A DNA stretch of 64,000 bases, from assembly GCF_964355755.1 (NCBI RefSeq), contig NC_092676.1:30003499-30067498 (forward strand). Reading direction: 5' to 3'. How positions within the stretch are numbered: the first letter of the stretch is position 1; each line of letters starts with the position of its first letter. The translations under genes were made by a program, and so were the position numbers. The notes below the pieces were generated by a model. That model ran no database searches and was not told the origin of the DNA. It saw only the letters and a program-made list of their open reading frames with translations. This DNA comes from Antedon mediterranea (taxonomy: Eukaryota > Animalia > Echinodermata). Shown one piece after another: positions 38,461 to 50,400 of this stretch.

Positions 38461-40998
38461 GGGGAGAGTGGGGTTGGTTGAATCGGAGGCAGGTTGAATC
38501 AGCCGTATTATTTCAGAAATTACAATTGGGTAAAAATTTGGTTGAACTACCTGGCAATTGGCTGACGTCACTCTACACGCTCACCAAAAATTATTCCGAT
38601 ACACGCTTGTTAACCTATTGTTCTAAAAATCCAGCTCGATTTGTGCCTGTAAGTACATTTTCCAATTTGTAAAGATTTTCGTTTTGTTTATTTATACTGA
38701 TTGTTTTTCCTGAAATCTTTAGTAGTCTTATATAACACATATATTAGGGTAAAATATTATATGATAAGCTTCTTGGTTGAGCCACGTATTTTTTTTCTAT
38801 GACACGAATTAATGCTGTCTGTGCCTATGGGGTTGGTTGAATCAGGTGATGCAACCTACCCCATCACGTGATGCAACCAACCCCAAGATAATAATGTGCA
38901 TTGTTTATGTTAATTTATGTAGTTTTAAACTTTTTCAACTCAATAATAGTAACTATAGAAATGTTCTTATACAGAATAGAAATTTAAAGATGTAAATTGT
39001 AAGAAATTAAACTACAACTACACTAGGCCTAGCCTAAAATTACAGTATTATTATTATTAAGTATTGTAAAAATATAAATAAACATCTTTCAAATAATTTA
39101 CTGTATTACTATAGGCATAGTTATTAAAATTAAATGATGGAGGCTACTATAGCCTATAGGGCCTAGTATACGACTGCCAGCGCTACCTATTTTTTTGTTA
39201 ATTCTAATGATCTTTCGTTTGCATTTTTCAGTTATCAACATACAGTCATGCCTAGAACTCATAAGAGAAAAACCGAACGGGGGAAAAACCCAGAAATGTT
39301 AAAACGAGCAGCACGAATTGTGATATTGGAGAACCTGTCTGTAAGATCAGTGGCAAAAGACTTTGATGTCAATTACAGTACACTCCAAAGACTTGTCAAC
39401 AAACTAAAGAAAGGTATGGATATTAAAATGTATGAAAATATAATAAGGTATTAAAATATTACTATTAGCTAACTGTATACATTAAACTATATTTTCAGAT
39501 GCCGATGGTGCTTTGAATTACCCTCTTGAAGTGACAAGAGCATTAACTGACACACACGTTGGATATGTCCGAAATCGACAGGTGTTTAGTGACAACCAAG
39601 AGGAAATGCTGGTTCAATATATATTGAGAGCTGCTGCTATGTATTTTGGTTTGACGCCGGATGATGTAAGGAAGTTTGCATATGAGCTAGCCATAGCATA
39701 TGAAGTAGATTTGCCACAAAGTTGGACTGAAAACCAGAAAGCAGGGAAGGATTGGTTTTGTTCTTTTTTGAAGCGTCACCCAAATGTTAGTATAAGAGCT
39801 GCAGAAGCGACAACTGATCAACCAGAAGCAGAAGATGAGCCAATTGCAGAAAATGAGCCAGTGGCAGAAAACGAGCCAGTAGCAGAAAATGAGCCATTGG
39901 CAGAAAACGAGCCAGTAGCAGAAAATGAGCCAGTGTCGGAAGATGATTTTGAAATTCCACCACCTATCAATGCAAGTCAACTATCAACACCCAATGAAAT
40001 TTTAGAGGATGAACCGTCCACATCTGCTGCATGCCGAAGATTGCCATTTAGCCCGGAAACTATTCGGCCATTTCCAGTTGCTCCACCAAGAAAAAACAAA
40101 GGCCATGGCAGAAAAACTTTAAAATCTGCAATTCTGACCGACACCCCAGAAAAAGAGGCAATAATGAAAAGGAAATCTGCAAGTAAAAGTAAGGGTAAAT
40201 CAAAATCGAAGTCGAAAACGCCAAACAACACTCAAAAAGAAAAACCAAGTAAGGAAACTGACTGGTATTGTGAAATTTGTGGAGAAAGCTACTCAAATAG
40301 CAAACAGGGAGAAAAGTGGGTAAAGTGTTTAGCGGAGGGTTGTGAAGAATGGTCACATGTGGAGTGCACCGAAAATGGACGCACATTCATTTGCTCGGTT
40401 TGCGAGTAACCAGTTTTTCATGTAAACATAAACATTTACTGTATATACTTAATTACATTTTTTGTTGTGCCAAGTTTGTTCCTGTAATTCTAATATATTA
40501 TTTTAAACAACTCAAATAAACAACTTAGGCTAGTTAAAAAGCCTAACTCTTTAAACAATTCATATTTATGTTATGGTGCTTTTTACGTGTAATAATAACT
40601 AACATTTTAAAAACATAATAGTGCAGCAGCTTTATATATCAGGAAATAGTTTTTTTAATAGTAGTTTATTAATTAATATATATTTGTTATAATGTGGTTT
40701 TCATCTTAATAAATAAATATTAAAGATATCATTGTATTTATTACATATTATTTCATGATTCAACCAACCCCACTATGTGATTCAACCTACCCCGATGAAG
40801 GGGTTGGTTGAATCGGTCGACTCATCTTGGTAATTTGCTTCTAACTTCTAAATATGTTTTCTGATGTCCATATAATTCACTGTGTTGCCTGAAGGAATGT
40901 TAGTGAACATACACTGTTAATTACAGCTTAACCAATGCAACCAAAAAAAAATTATGGTCAAAAATAGAAAATTTGATTCAACCAACCCCACTCTCCCC
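38461..40998. mobile_element. pogo/Tigger-like (Tc1-mariner superfamily) DNA transposon derivative, 2538 bp, 24-bp perfect TIRs, TA target-site duplication
   Basis: Left end TA|GGGGAGAGTGGGGTTGGTTGAATC (38461-38484); right end GATTCAACCAACCCCACTCTCCCC|TA (40975-40998) is an exact reverse complement. Subterminal hairpin copies of GGGGTTGGTTGAATC at 38825-38885 and 40755-40830. Internal ORF encodes CENP-B/pogo-type DNA-binding domains. Confidence 0.7.
39248..40409 (+). CDS. Element-encoded protein, 358 aa, 2 exons (39248-39413, 39499-40409): psq-type HTH + CENP-B/Tc5-type HTH, acidic EPVAEN repeat, C-terminal C4HC3 (PHD-like) zinc finger; no DDE catalytic domain
   Basis: ATG 39248. MLKRAARIVILENLSVRSVAKDFDVNYSTLQRLVNK (psq HTH). 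Donor AAAG|GTATGG, acceptor ttttcag|AT. RQVFSDNQEEMLVQYI…LTPDDVRKFAYELA…QSWTENQKAGKDWFCSFLKRHPNVSIRAAEATT (HTH_Tnp_Tc5/CENP-B). Six 18-bp repeats GAGCCAGTAGCAGAAAAC. Ends WYCEICGESYSNSKQGEKWVKCLAEGCEEWSHVECTENGRTFICSVCE*. Confidence 0.7.
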
Positions 40999-41405
40999 TA
41001 CTCTAAGTGCTGCTTAGGTAGGTATCTATTTACAGCAAGTCAAATGGCTGAGCGGTTAAGGCAGGGACACCAGGCCTTATTAGAGCTGTACATATTAAAT
41101 AGCTAATATAGTTAGTATCGAGAATTATTAATATTATTACGTTAAATAATGTAGGCCTCCTATTTAGGCCTAGCTAAGCTAGGCCTACAGCTAGCTAGGC
41201 CTATTTTAATAAGGTTTTGATTTAGACTAGGCTACACCTAGTCTATCTAGCTAGTCTAGCCTAGGCCTTTCTAGCTAAATAGGCCTATAATAATATTATA
41301 CTATTTATTAAGGGACAAGTCTTACTAATGGTGTAGCCATGGGTGGGCCATATTTCTATATTTGACATTTATTAACATTTCTTTTCTTACATAGGTACAT
41401 AAATC

Positions 41406-44400
41406 ATGGGAATAGATGCAGCAATTGCAGTGTTTTTTGCTGGATTCATAACATTAACAATAATAAATACAGTCGTATATCCGTCATCTGTTAATGGTAG
41501 GTATTTATTATGGTTGTAATTTTTGTTTACTTGATCAAATAATCTTTCTTTTTTATTTCAGAATCAAATATAACATTCCATTTAAACAATTTAAAACCAT
41601 TACTTATTACACATTTTATTTATATGACAGCCCTCAATAATAAAAAAATACTGAAATCAAAGAAGTGTAGCTTCCAAATTATCACTGTCAGTCTAGGGCA
41701 GTAATTTAATTTCATTCTCTCTGGCACAAGGAGACACAAATCTGTTTGGAGCTCCTTTCGTTGGTACAGGTACATGACAACAGAATATTATAACAATTAA
41801 CAGACAAATTAGTTTTATGCTTCAATCTTTGTACCCAAACTGTTGTCTTTTCAGAAACAACTAAAGATTTAAAACAAGAAACTAGCTTTAAAAGTAGACA
41901 TTTATTGAGTGTTGAAGAAGATTGGGTTGAAGAAACTCCTATTCCTCAGGTAATAGTGACTGACTTACTTTTTAATAACAATCTTACAGCACATGGACTG
42001 TTTTACACAGTCAACTGATCAGTGGAAAGCAAACTGTGAGTGATAACATTTGCAATGGATTTTTTGACAGAGGTGAAATCTTGTCTTGTGTATTATACCA
42101 CGTCCATACTTCTATGATATCACATACCTGGTCACAAATTTGTTTCTTTTCTTTGTCCATGTTAAGTTGACTTATGAAATATCAGGTGATACTTATCCAG
42201 AGGCGGTGGATGGTGGTAGTATACTTGAGTACACATGCTTACTTGTCTACAAAGTGGAACCAGAACATACTGCAATCAATATCTCATTTGAGGTAATGTT
42301 TTTTCATTTATAAGACTTAATTTTTGTTTGCAATTTTTTTATACATAAAAGTACACTAAACTTCATTAAACGATCCAAATCTGTAACTACAGATTTTTTT
42401 CTGGTCAATTTGTTTATTAGGGTTTTTTTTTACACTTGTTTTAAACAGTGCATAGAGATATGTATTTTGCACTATACATTTAAAACCATTAACTATCCAT
42501 GGCACTTTTAGTTGAGCTGTAATTTGGTGGTTGGCAATGCTTTCCTTCCAATCCTAAGGTCCAGGGTTCAAATCCTGACCATCACCATATCACTCATTCC
42601 AAGTTTTATCAACTCATGACTCTTTGAAAAAGAAAGAGATACAGATGAGACTGGCTACAGTATAATGTTATCAGTAATGTAATGCTGTCTTGTAAATGTG
42701 AATTATGAGCATATTTACTGTTAATATTCTTATAGCAATTTTCTTAAATGCTGGTGTACTTGAGATCTACGTTTATACCATGCTATACACTTTATTTTAA
42801 TTATTGATATATACAACATTGAGAATAAGAGACTTATTTATTAAAATATTTAATATAATAATAATCAATATTGTTTCAGGTTGATCTACCATTCAGTTCA
42901 TTTCATGAGGATTCTTTCAATGTCACACTTTATAGTGAAGCTCTAGGTATTTTACCCCACCAGACTATTGATGAAAATGTAGATGATGAAAAGTCCAAAG
43001 CTGCTGTGAAGATTCTTCACTTGTTTCACGATCCCATTGTACAAAAGGTAGTACAGTACTATATTTAATTTTGTATGATTTATTTACTATTTATAAATGC
43101 CAATTAGTCTTACATTCATCTGAATTATAAATTAAACTAAGCCAGGACCTTGTCATTTTTATCATTGATCAAGGGCTTCTCTCGTCCAGACAAAAGACAT
43201 AAGCCAATACGTTTGGGGTAGGTACTAGTTGCACAGGGCTGCCATAAGAGTCGGCAGTGCTGTGTTTCAAATGCCTGATGGAAACCAAGCGTACATTTTT
43301 GCAACAACATATTATTTTTAGAATGAATTACTAAAATAAAATCCTTGTTTTGTTTAACTCAGGTATATGTGAAAGTGGATATATCAGAATCAATGTGGGT
43401 TAACTTAACTGAGCCATGGAAGCGGCCAGATTGCTGGTGGGTGCCTGCCTTTCCAGACTGCTATCAAACTCTATATTCCGGTAAATAATAATAATAATAT
43501 GTAGCAATTGGCAATTTAGAAGATACTTGATACTTTCTTGATGTTGATGGATGTTGATGCATGTTGATGGTTAACAAGCTAAACAGCTTATATGACCCTT
43601 CCTTTTCTTTCTTCTTTTACACTATGCTATAATTAATGTATAGATGTTTGAGAGATACGGGTATGAACAATGTTTGTATTAAAAAGATAACTGTAAGTAA
43701 TGAAAATATTTGAGTTTAGGTGTTAAAGAGGATGTGCTAATAAGTGCGAAAGAGTAAACTTGCAGTCAAGAGATGTTCTAACTCATTGGTCTTTTCTTAA
43801 AGATTTATATACTCATTTTGACCACCATCCACATTTATATATACTTAATGATTTATAAAGAAATGTAAGTATTATTTGTGGAAAATTAATAAACAACAAA
43901 TTATTTTCAAACTATAAAACAATTAAATTGATTAAATTGAGTTTTATTTCCTCAGAATGTGTGTTCTATGATAAATCTCCAGAACAAACGTGGGACCCAG
44001 CTTATTGCTATCAGTTTAAAGTATCGGACTGTCTTCCATTTAACACTACCACTGAATGTTACTACATCAATACAACATCATGTCTCATGGCCTTGATCGC
44101 AGATGCAGAGCGCCCTCAGGATATGCTATGTCCAACGGATGTCAACGAGACTGATTGTATCCAGATTAACGATCGCGGATTGTTCTTTACTCAGTATGAC
44201 TTCAGTGTTCCAACTGTTGCTCCAATCCCTGAAACATACGAGAAAGATTTTTGTGGCATGTCTATGGAAAGCATTTGGAGTATGTAACATATTTCATAAT
44301 GAATTTGGATTTTTGGATACTCTCTAATCATTAATTGATATGTTTGCAGTATATTTTTTAAATTTTTTTTATTACATATGCATTCAACAACAGCCAGCAC

Positions 44401-47400
44401 AAACTCTCCAATTACAGGATGGATAAACTATTACGAATTATCATGCTTATAAACTAAGTCTCATTTGAAGCTTAAGCTTGGTTCCCACTAGAACGTAACG
44501 CAAGGACGTAAACGCAACGCAATCGTTTTAACCAATGACAAGCGAAGTTATAGACAGTTAGCAATCACAAGCGAATAAGCCATCGCTTGTGATTGGTCAA
44601 TTCACTTGCGTTGCATTACGTCCTTGTGTTGCGTCGCTAGTGGGAAGGAACCACGCTTCAGGGAGTGGAGTTGAAAAAGGTGTGAGTTAGCTACAGCTCC
44701 ACTATTTGGCAGAATATTTTAAATAAAATTCAATGTGGTGTTTTTAAGCTTTACATTTACTGTCCATTGTTATGATCTTTTAACATTTCTACCTTAATTA
44801 TAATTTTTTCAATTTAGTGACAGAGGAAACAGCATATGAGCGGCAGTATACATACGACAGTACGATCGAGGAAGATGAAAACGGTTGTGTGCGTGTACTC
44901 ATGCGTATCAAACCAATTATTACAACACCGCCACCAACGTACAATCCATACAAAGCTTTACGTAAGACAGAAAAGTACATAAATGCGAAGACTTGTATGA
45001 ATGCAAACACTACAGGATTCTACACACAACCTATTCAGCCAATTAATTGGAAAGATTTCAATATTACAATTTTGTTCACTGGTAGGCACATTTATTCTGC
45101 AATATATAAATATTTACCAATTATTTACATTGTTACAGGGATCTTACAGAGAAAAGTAATTTTCTGTAGTCGCAAGACCCTTTGAAAAAATCGTATTATC
45201 TTAACTTGAGAAAAAAGTGTCTGTTTGACATGAATATAAATAATAAAATCAAATTATTTGCATTTTTTGTTTACAAATATCATAATTGATCTTGTTTTAA
45301 CTTTAAATTTGTAGGTGAAATTTTCAACTATGTTGAAGTAAATCAAGTTTTAGTTTCAGAAGTTTATGTAAACATAACACAAAGTACTAAACTCATTAAC
45401 CAAATAAGACGTGTATTTGGTAAGTAAAGTTTTTAAACTTCTTTATCTCTTCTTTAATAAATAAGTTCAGTTTTAGGATAGAATTGTTTTGATATTTGAT
45501 TTTCCGTTAATTTGTTATCTTTCTATGAGACAGGCACCATTATTTCCACTTGTTTTGTGAATGAAATAAAGTTAACTTATCTTAGAAATATAATTTCTTA
45601 ATGTTTTTAAATTTTTAGCCATTCAAAAAATACCAATAAAAAGACCAGGTTACTGGGTATACAACAATCCAACATTTTCCGATCGTAATTTCACCCTGAA
45701 ACATGAACAAATACTTCACCACGGTGTTTTGATCCACCCCGAAGCGTTCAACCGCGGTTTCACCATGACGATTGATGTTCCAAAGGTTGATGATGTATAC
45801 TTGGCCAAATTTGAAAACATCACACCATGGTGGAAGACGGGAAAACATTTTGCAGCGATATCAGATTACCATATGTTTAATTCAACCTATAATACAAATG
45901 GCGACGAATTAACTTTGGAAACTGTAATAGATAAGATGGAAGGTTATTATGATGGGGATAGCAGATTGCCAGATATCACTTCTGAATGGGTTGTCGAACA
46001 AAATGATTACGGAGAAGAAATAATTGTTCAGTGTATATTTTCCGTCACACCATTTCTCAATATTAAAGATGTTGTTTGGCGCGACCACGGAAGATTAAAT
46101 TTTTATTTGTATTCTCGAGTTCTTTCATCAGTGGTGGCTGATAATGAGCTTAAATTTTCTATCACAGCCGATTTTAAGTTCCCACCAGGAGATGAACTAA
46201 TTCTGTATGCGTCTAGGACGAGCACCGTGACTGTTCAACCGTTTGTGCCACGTATTCCGCCAGTCAATGCCACTCAGGAACCAGACTGTCAAGATGACAT
46301 CACATATACTTTTGAATTATTCAACATTCTGGAATTTTCTATCAAGGATATCTGGATGAACGTGACTTGTCCCGATTTAGTTATCATACCGTCGACGCTT
46401 GAAGTTGAAATTATTCACCATGTTAATGTCACAAGTGATAGCAACGCTGATATCATGCTTACTACAGATCAAACATATCACATACATTACACAGAGTTGG
46501 CTCCTCAAGTACTTGCAAGAGGGCAGCAGACATTTCGACTGGTCAACAACGGTATTGCGCCGCATTACTCCATTGTTTGCAAAGTTTATCTTTCATTTCG
46601 CAAGGATAATAAGGCGTTAGTCCTTCCATATTTGGCAGGTGTCAGTAATGAACTGTTTACACCTGGCATTGAGTATATTTTATATGGGCGTGATTTAATT
46701 GAGAAGGAGGAGGAAGTTATGATATTGACAACACCAATGAGTAGGACTACTGTGTTGTTAGGAAATGCCACAGCTGAAATTCCTATTATGGTGGATGAAG
46801 AAGTAAGTTATGGCGTGGAAGAAGAGACAACACCTCTAATGTACTCGATGCCTGTTGGGTCAAATGCAACATTCATTATAAATATAACAGTACCAGAAAT
46901 AACCACAGAGGTCAGTGGTAAATAGTAGTAGTACTGTAAGATCTATTTTCCAATGATGCACATGTCTAAAAAGCTCTGTCAAATCAAATTAGTTTGTGTG
47001 CCCAAATATGCTAGTGATATGCTTAAATATGGTAGTGATATGCCCAAATATGCTAGTGATATGCTTAAATATGGTAGTGATCAGATTGCATTAACATTTA
47101 TTTGGAACAGTCCTAGAAAAAAGGTAAAAAACAAGCATATATTTACAATAAGTTAAATGAGTTACATCATAATATCCATATATGGACACATCTCATTTTT
47201 CTTGTCAAACTGGTTTGATAGTGTAGACAGAGCTCAATTGTTAAAATGTACTTTTTAAATGTTGATCTTGATTTTATTTTGTGTATATTAATTATACAGT
47301 AGTAGTTTTTAATTATGCAAAAATGTGTCATTATTCCTTCTATTCAATAAGATTTCATCTTTTTTTAGATTGAAATTTATTTTGGTATGCCAGCAGCAGT

Positions 47401-50400
47401 GTTAGCTGTCTATTATTCCAGAATCATATTTATTGGTGGAAATATAATAAACCTGGATATGGTTGATCTTGAGAAAGGAAGCGATATCATGGGTAAGAAT
47501 GGACACAGTGCTTGACTGTTAGGAGCAGAACAGTCCTTCAGGCCACCCATATTAAAAGGACACCCCTATTAAAGGGACACATGTTCCCACATTGCTGCAG
47601 GTCTTTCTGAATTACTGTATATGAGCCTCCCCCACATGATTATTTCATTGTATTTATCCTGTATGTTATTATATTGTGGTAATAAAATTAAATTGAAATA
47701 TTGATTGGTAAAAATCACAGAAGCCTGATGTTAAACTATAATTAGAACCCTGAAAATTGAACCCCATTTATTTTGTATTATTTGAATGTATTTCTTTAAA
47801 GAATCATGGGACATGACTACCAGAACAAACTTAAAACAGAAACTGGGAAACTTAACCAATATTGCAGATAATTTAAGAAACGAAAGTGGTAAGTTTCCTT
47901 AATATTCTTAATACAGCTACATCATATCATGTTATGATGCTTGGCTACCAATCCAAGGGTCCTGGGTTTAAGTCATATATGTTAGGATTTTTTCTAATGA
48001 CAAATTACAACTCCACTCCCAAAGACTTGTAATAAGACTTATGTCTATACTTAGATTAGTATATTCTTTATTTTCTCATAGATAACATTGTTCTTGAGTT
48101 TAATGTTGTACTCCTGGATGAAAAAGAAACAGTTGTAAAAGATACAGAACATGAGTTTAAGACAACTGTGATTTACACAAATGGACAAGACTTAGTACAG
48201 CAACAGAGTGTAGCAGTATTAGAACCTGACATCCAAGTGTATTTGAGAGTAGCCAATGAAAGCACAAATGCAGATCCAGGTAATGTACTGACATTACTAA
48301 TATGTACTCACTTTTCCAGCTCACATACATGTTAGCATTCTATCATTACTAATAAGTACTCACTTTTCCAGCTCACATACATGTTAGCATTCTATCATTA
48401 CTAATACGTACTCACTTTTCCAGCTCACATACATGTTAGCATTCTATCATTACTAATACGTACTCACTTTTCCAGCTCACATACATGTTAGCATTCTATC
48501 ATTACTAATAAGTACTCACTTTTCCAGCTCACATACATGTTAGCATTCTATCATTACTAATACGTACTCACTTTTCCAGCTCACATACATGTTAGCATTC
48601 TATCATTACTAATACGTACTCACTTTTCCAGCTCACATACATGTTAGCATTCTATCATTACTAATACGTACTCACTTTTCCAGCTCACATACATGTTAGC
48701 ATTCTATCATTACTAATACGTACTCACTTTTCCAGCTCACATACATGTTAGCATTCTATCATTACTAATAAGTACTCACTTTTCCAGCTCACATACATGT
48801 TAGCATTCTCTGCATGTTGTCATAAACAAACACTTGAATATTCAAGAGTTTTAGGTGAACAAAATTATTATTAGTGAAATATTTCAATTTTTAAAATGTT
48901 CTGTTTTGTTTATTACTGATAATTGTTAATAAATAAAAAAAATATGTTTTAAATGCTGTATCAAATCTGTAACTTTTTATATAGGTTTAAGTTGGCTTGT
49001 GAGCCATAGACCTTTCTTGTTCAAACATCATTATTGAGCACCTTTAAGTCACTCTACTCAAAACTCACATTTTCTGATGTTTTTGGCTGCTCCAGGAGCA
49101 ATGACTGGAATGGATTGATTGATGGAAAAAAATAAGTGAATGAAAATGATTTTGACTTTTTTGTACTAGGTGAAATCTTCCAGTATTATATAAAAGTAAA
49201 TCACACGTCAGTATCGCAGTCACCAGCCCACCACATAAATGTTACCATCCATCTACCATATATGATCATAAACAAACACTTTCTGCCTTATGAATATTCA
49301 AGAGTTCCAGTCAGAGGTAAAAAATTTGAACCAGGCTTTGAATATGAAAATGATGAGATTTTGCTACTGTACCTCTATAAACTAGATTTGGATGAAGTCA
49401 TCGAAGGAACATTTCTTGTGCAGATAACAACGAAACTTATGGAAGGTAAACTTAAAATTTGTGAATATGTTATGAAAAAAAGAGAAAAAAAAGAGATATT
49501 AAACTTTTTAAATTGTATGATGTCAATCATGACGTAATTTTGTACTTTATACTAAGTAAGTATGGGGGAATCAAGCCCATCCTCTACCTCTATACCACCA
49601 AGCCTGCCCTGATGGCTAGGGGTTAGATTTTCGAATCAAAGTATAAGCAGCGTTTTGTTTAAACTGTCTACACTATCAAACCAGTTTTACAAAAAAAGTG
49701 TAATGTGCCCAAATATGGTAGTGATGTGACACCACCATGTCCATATATGTACATTTTTTTGTCACATTTTGCAGGTATTTGTTTACAAGCTCAAGTTAAA
49801 TACGAAATGTCTAGTTTCTACCAGTGGGGGCGGTACTACCCTTACACAACAGTAAGTGAAAATGTCCTCAACATTCGCAATGCAACTCTTAAATTTATTG
49901 GAACTTCTCTTCACGATACTCCTGACAAATTGGTTGCCATCCATGAGCAAGTTACATACAGAATTACCATACCTCTGCCTCCAATATCCAGCAACCTAAC
50001 CATAGAGATATTCCTACCTACACGAAATGTAACACGAAAGATCTGGGAAGTCTTACAAATACAAGAGGAGATTCCAGAGGTCCTGCCAATCGAAGAAACT
50101 TTTTTTGATAATGGCTGCTATACTGTGATGAGACCATGCTTTTGTTATGGAGCTGGAAATATGTCTTTCGATGCCAGCTGGTTTATTTCGCGATTTACTT
50201 GTAAATTGAAAACTGACCAGATGTGTACCAACTCGACAGATTTGGACACCGGAGAAAGCAACATAACAAATTGTGATTACTCACCAGATGTGTACAGCAA
50301 ATGTCGAAATTTATCTAAAGAGATGTGTTTCCAAAATGAAAATGTGACCACTTATCTACAAACTCCAATATCACACTTTCAACAGATGGCTTGTAATATG

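Noticed and set aside
41040-41090. tRNA-like D-arm sequence (TGGCTGAGCGGTTAAGGCA)
   Set aside because: No matching acceptor stem, anticodon arm or GTTCGAATCC T-arm can be folded from the flanks. Likely a SINE/pseudo-tRNA fragment or chance.
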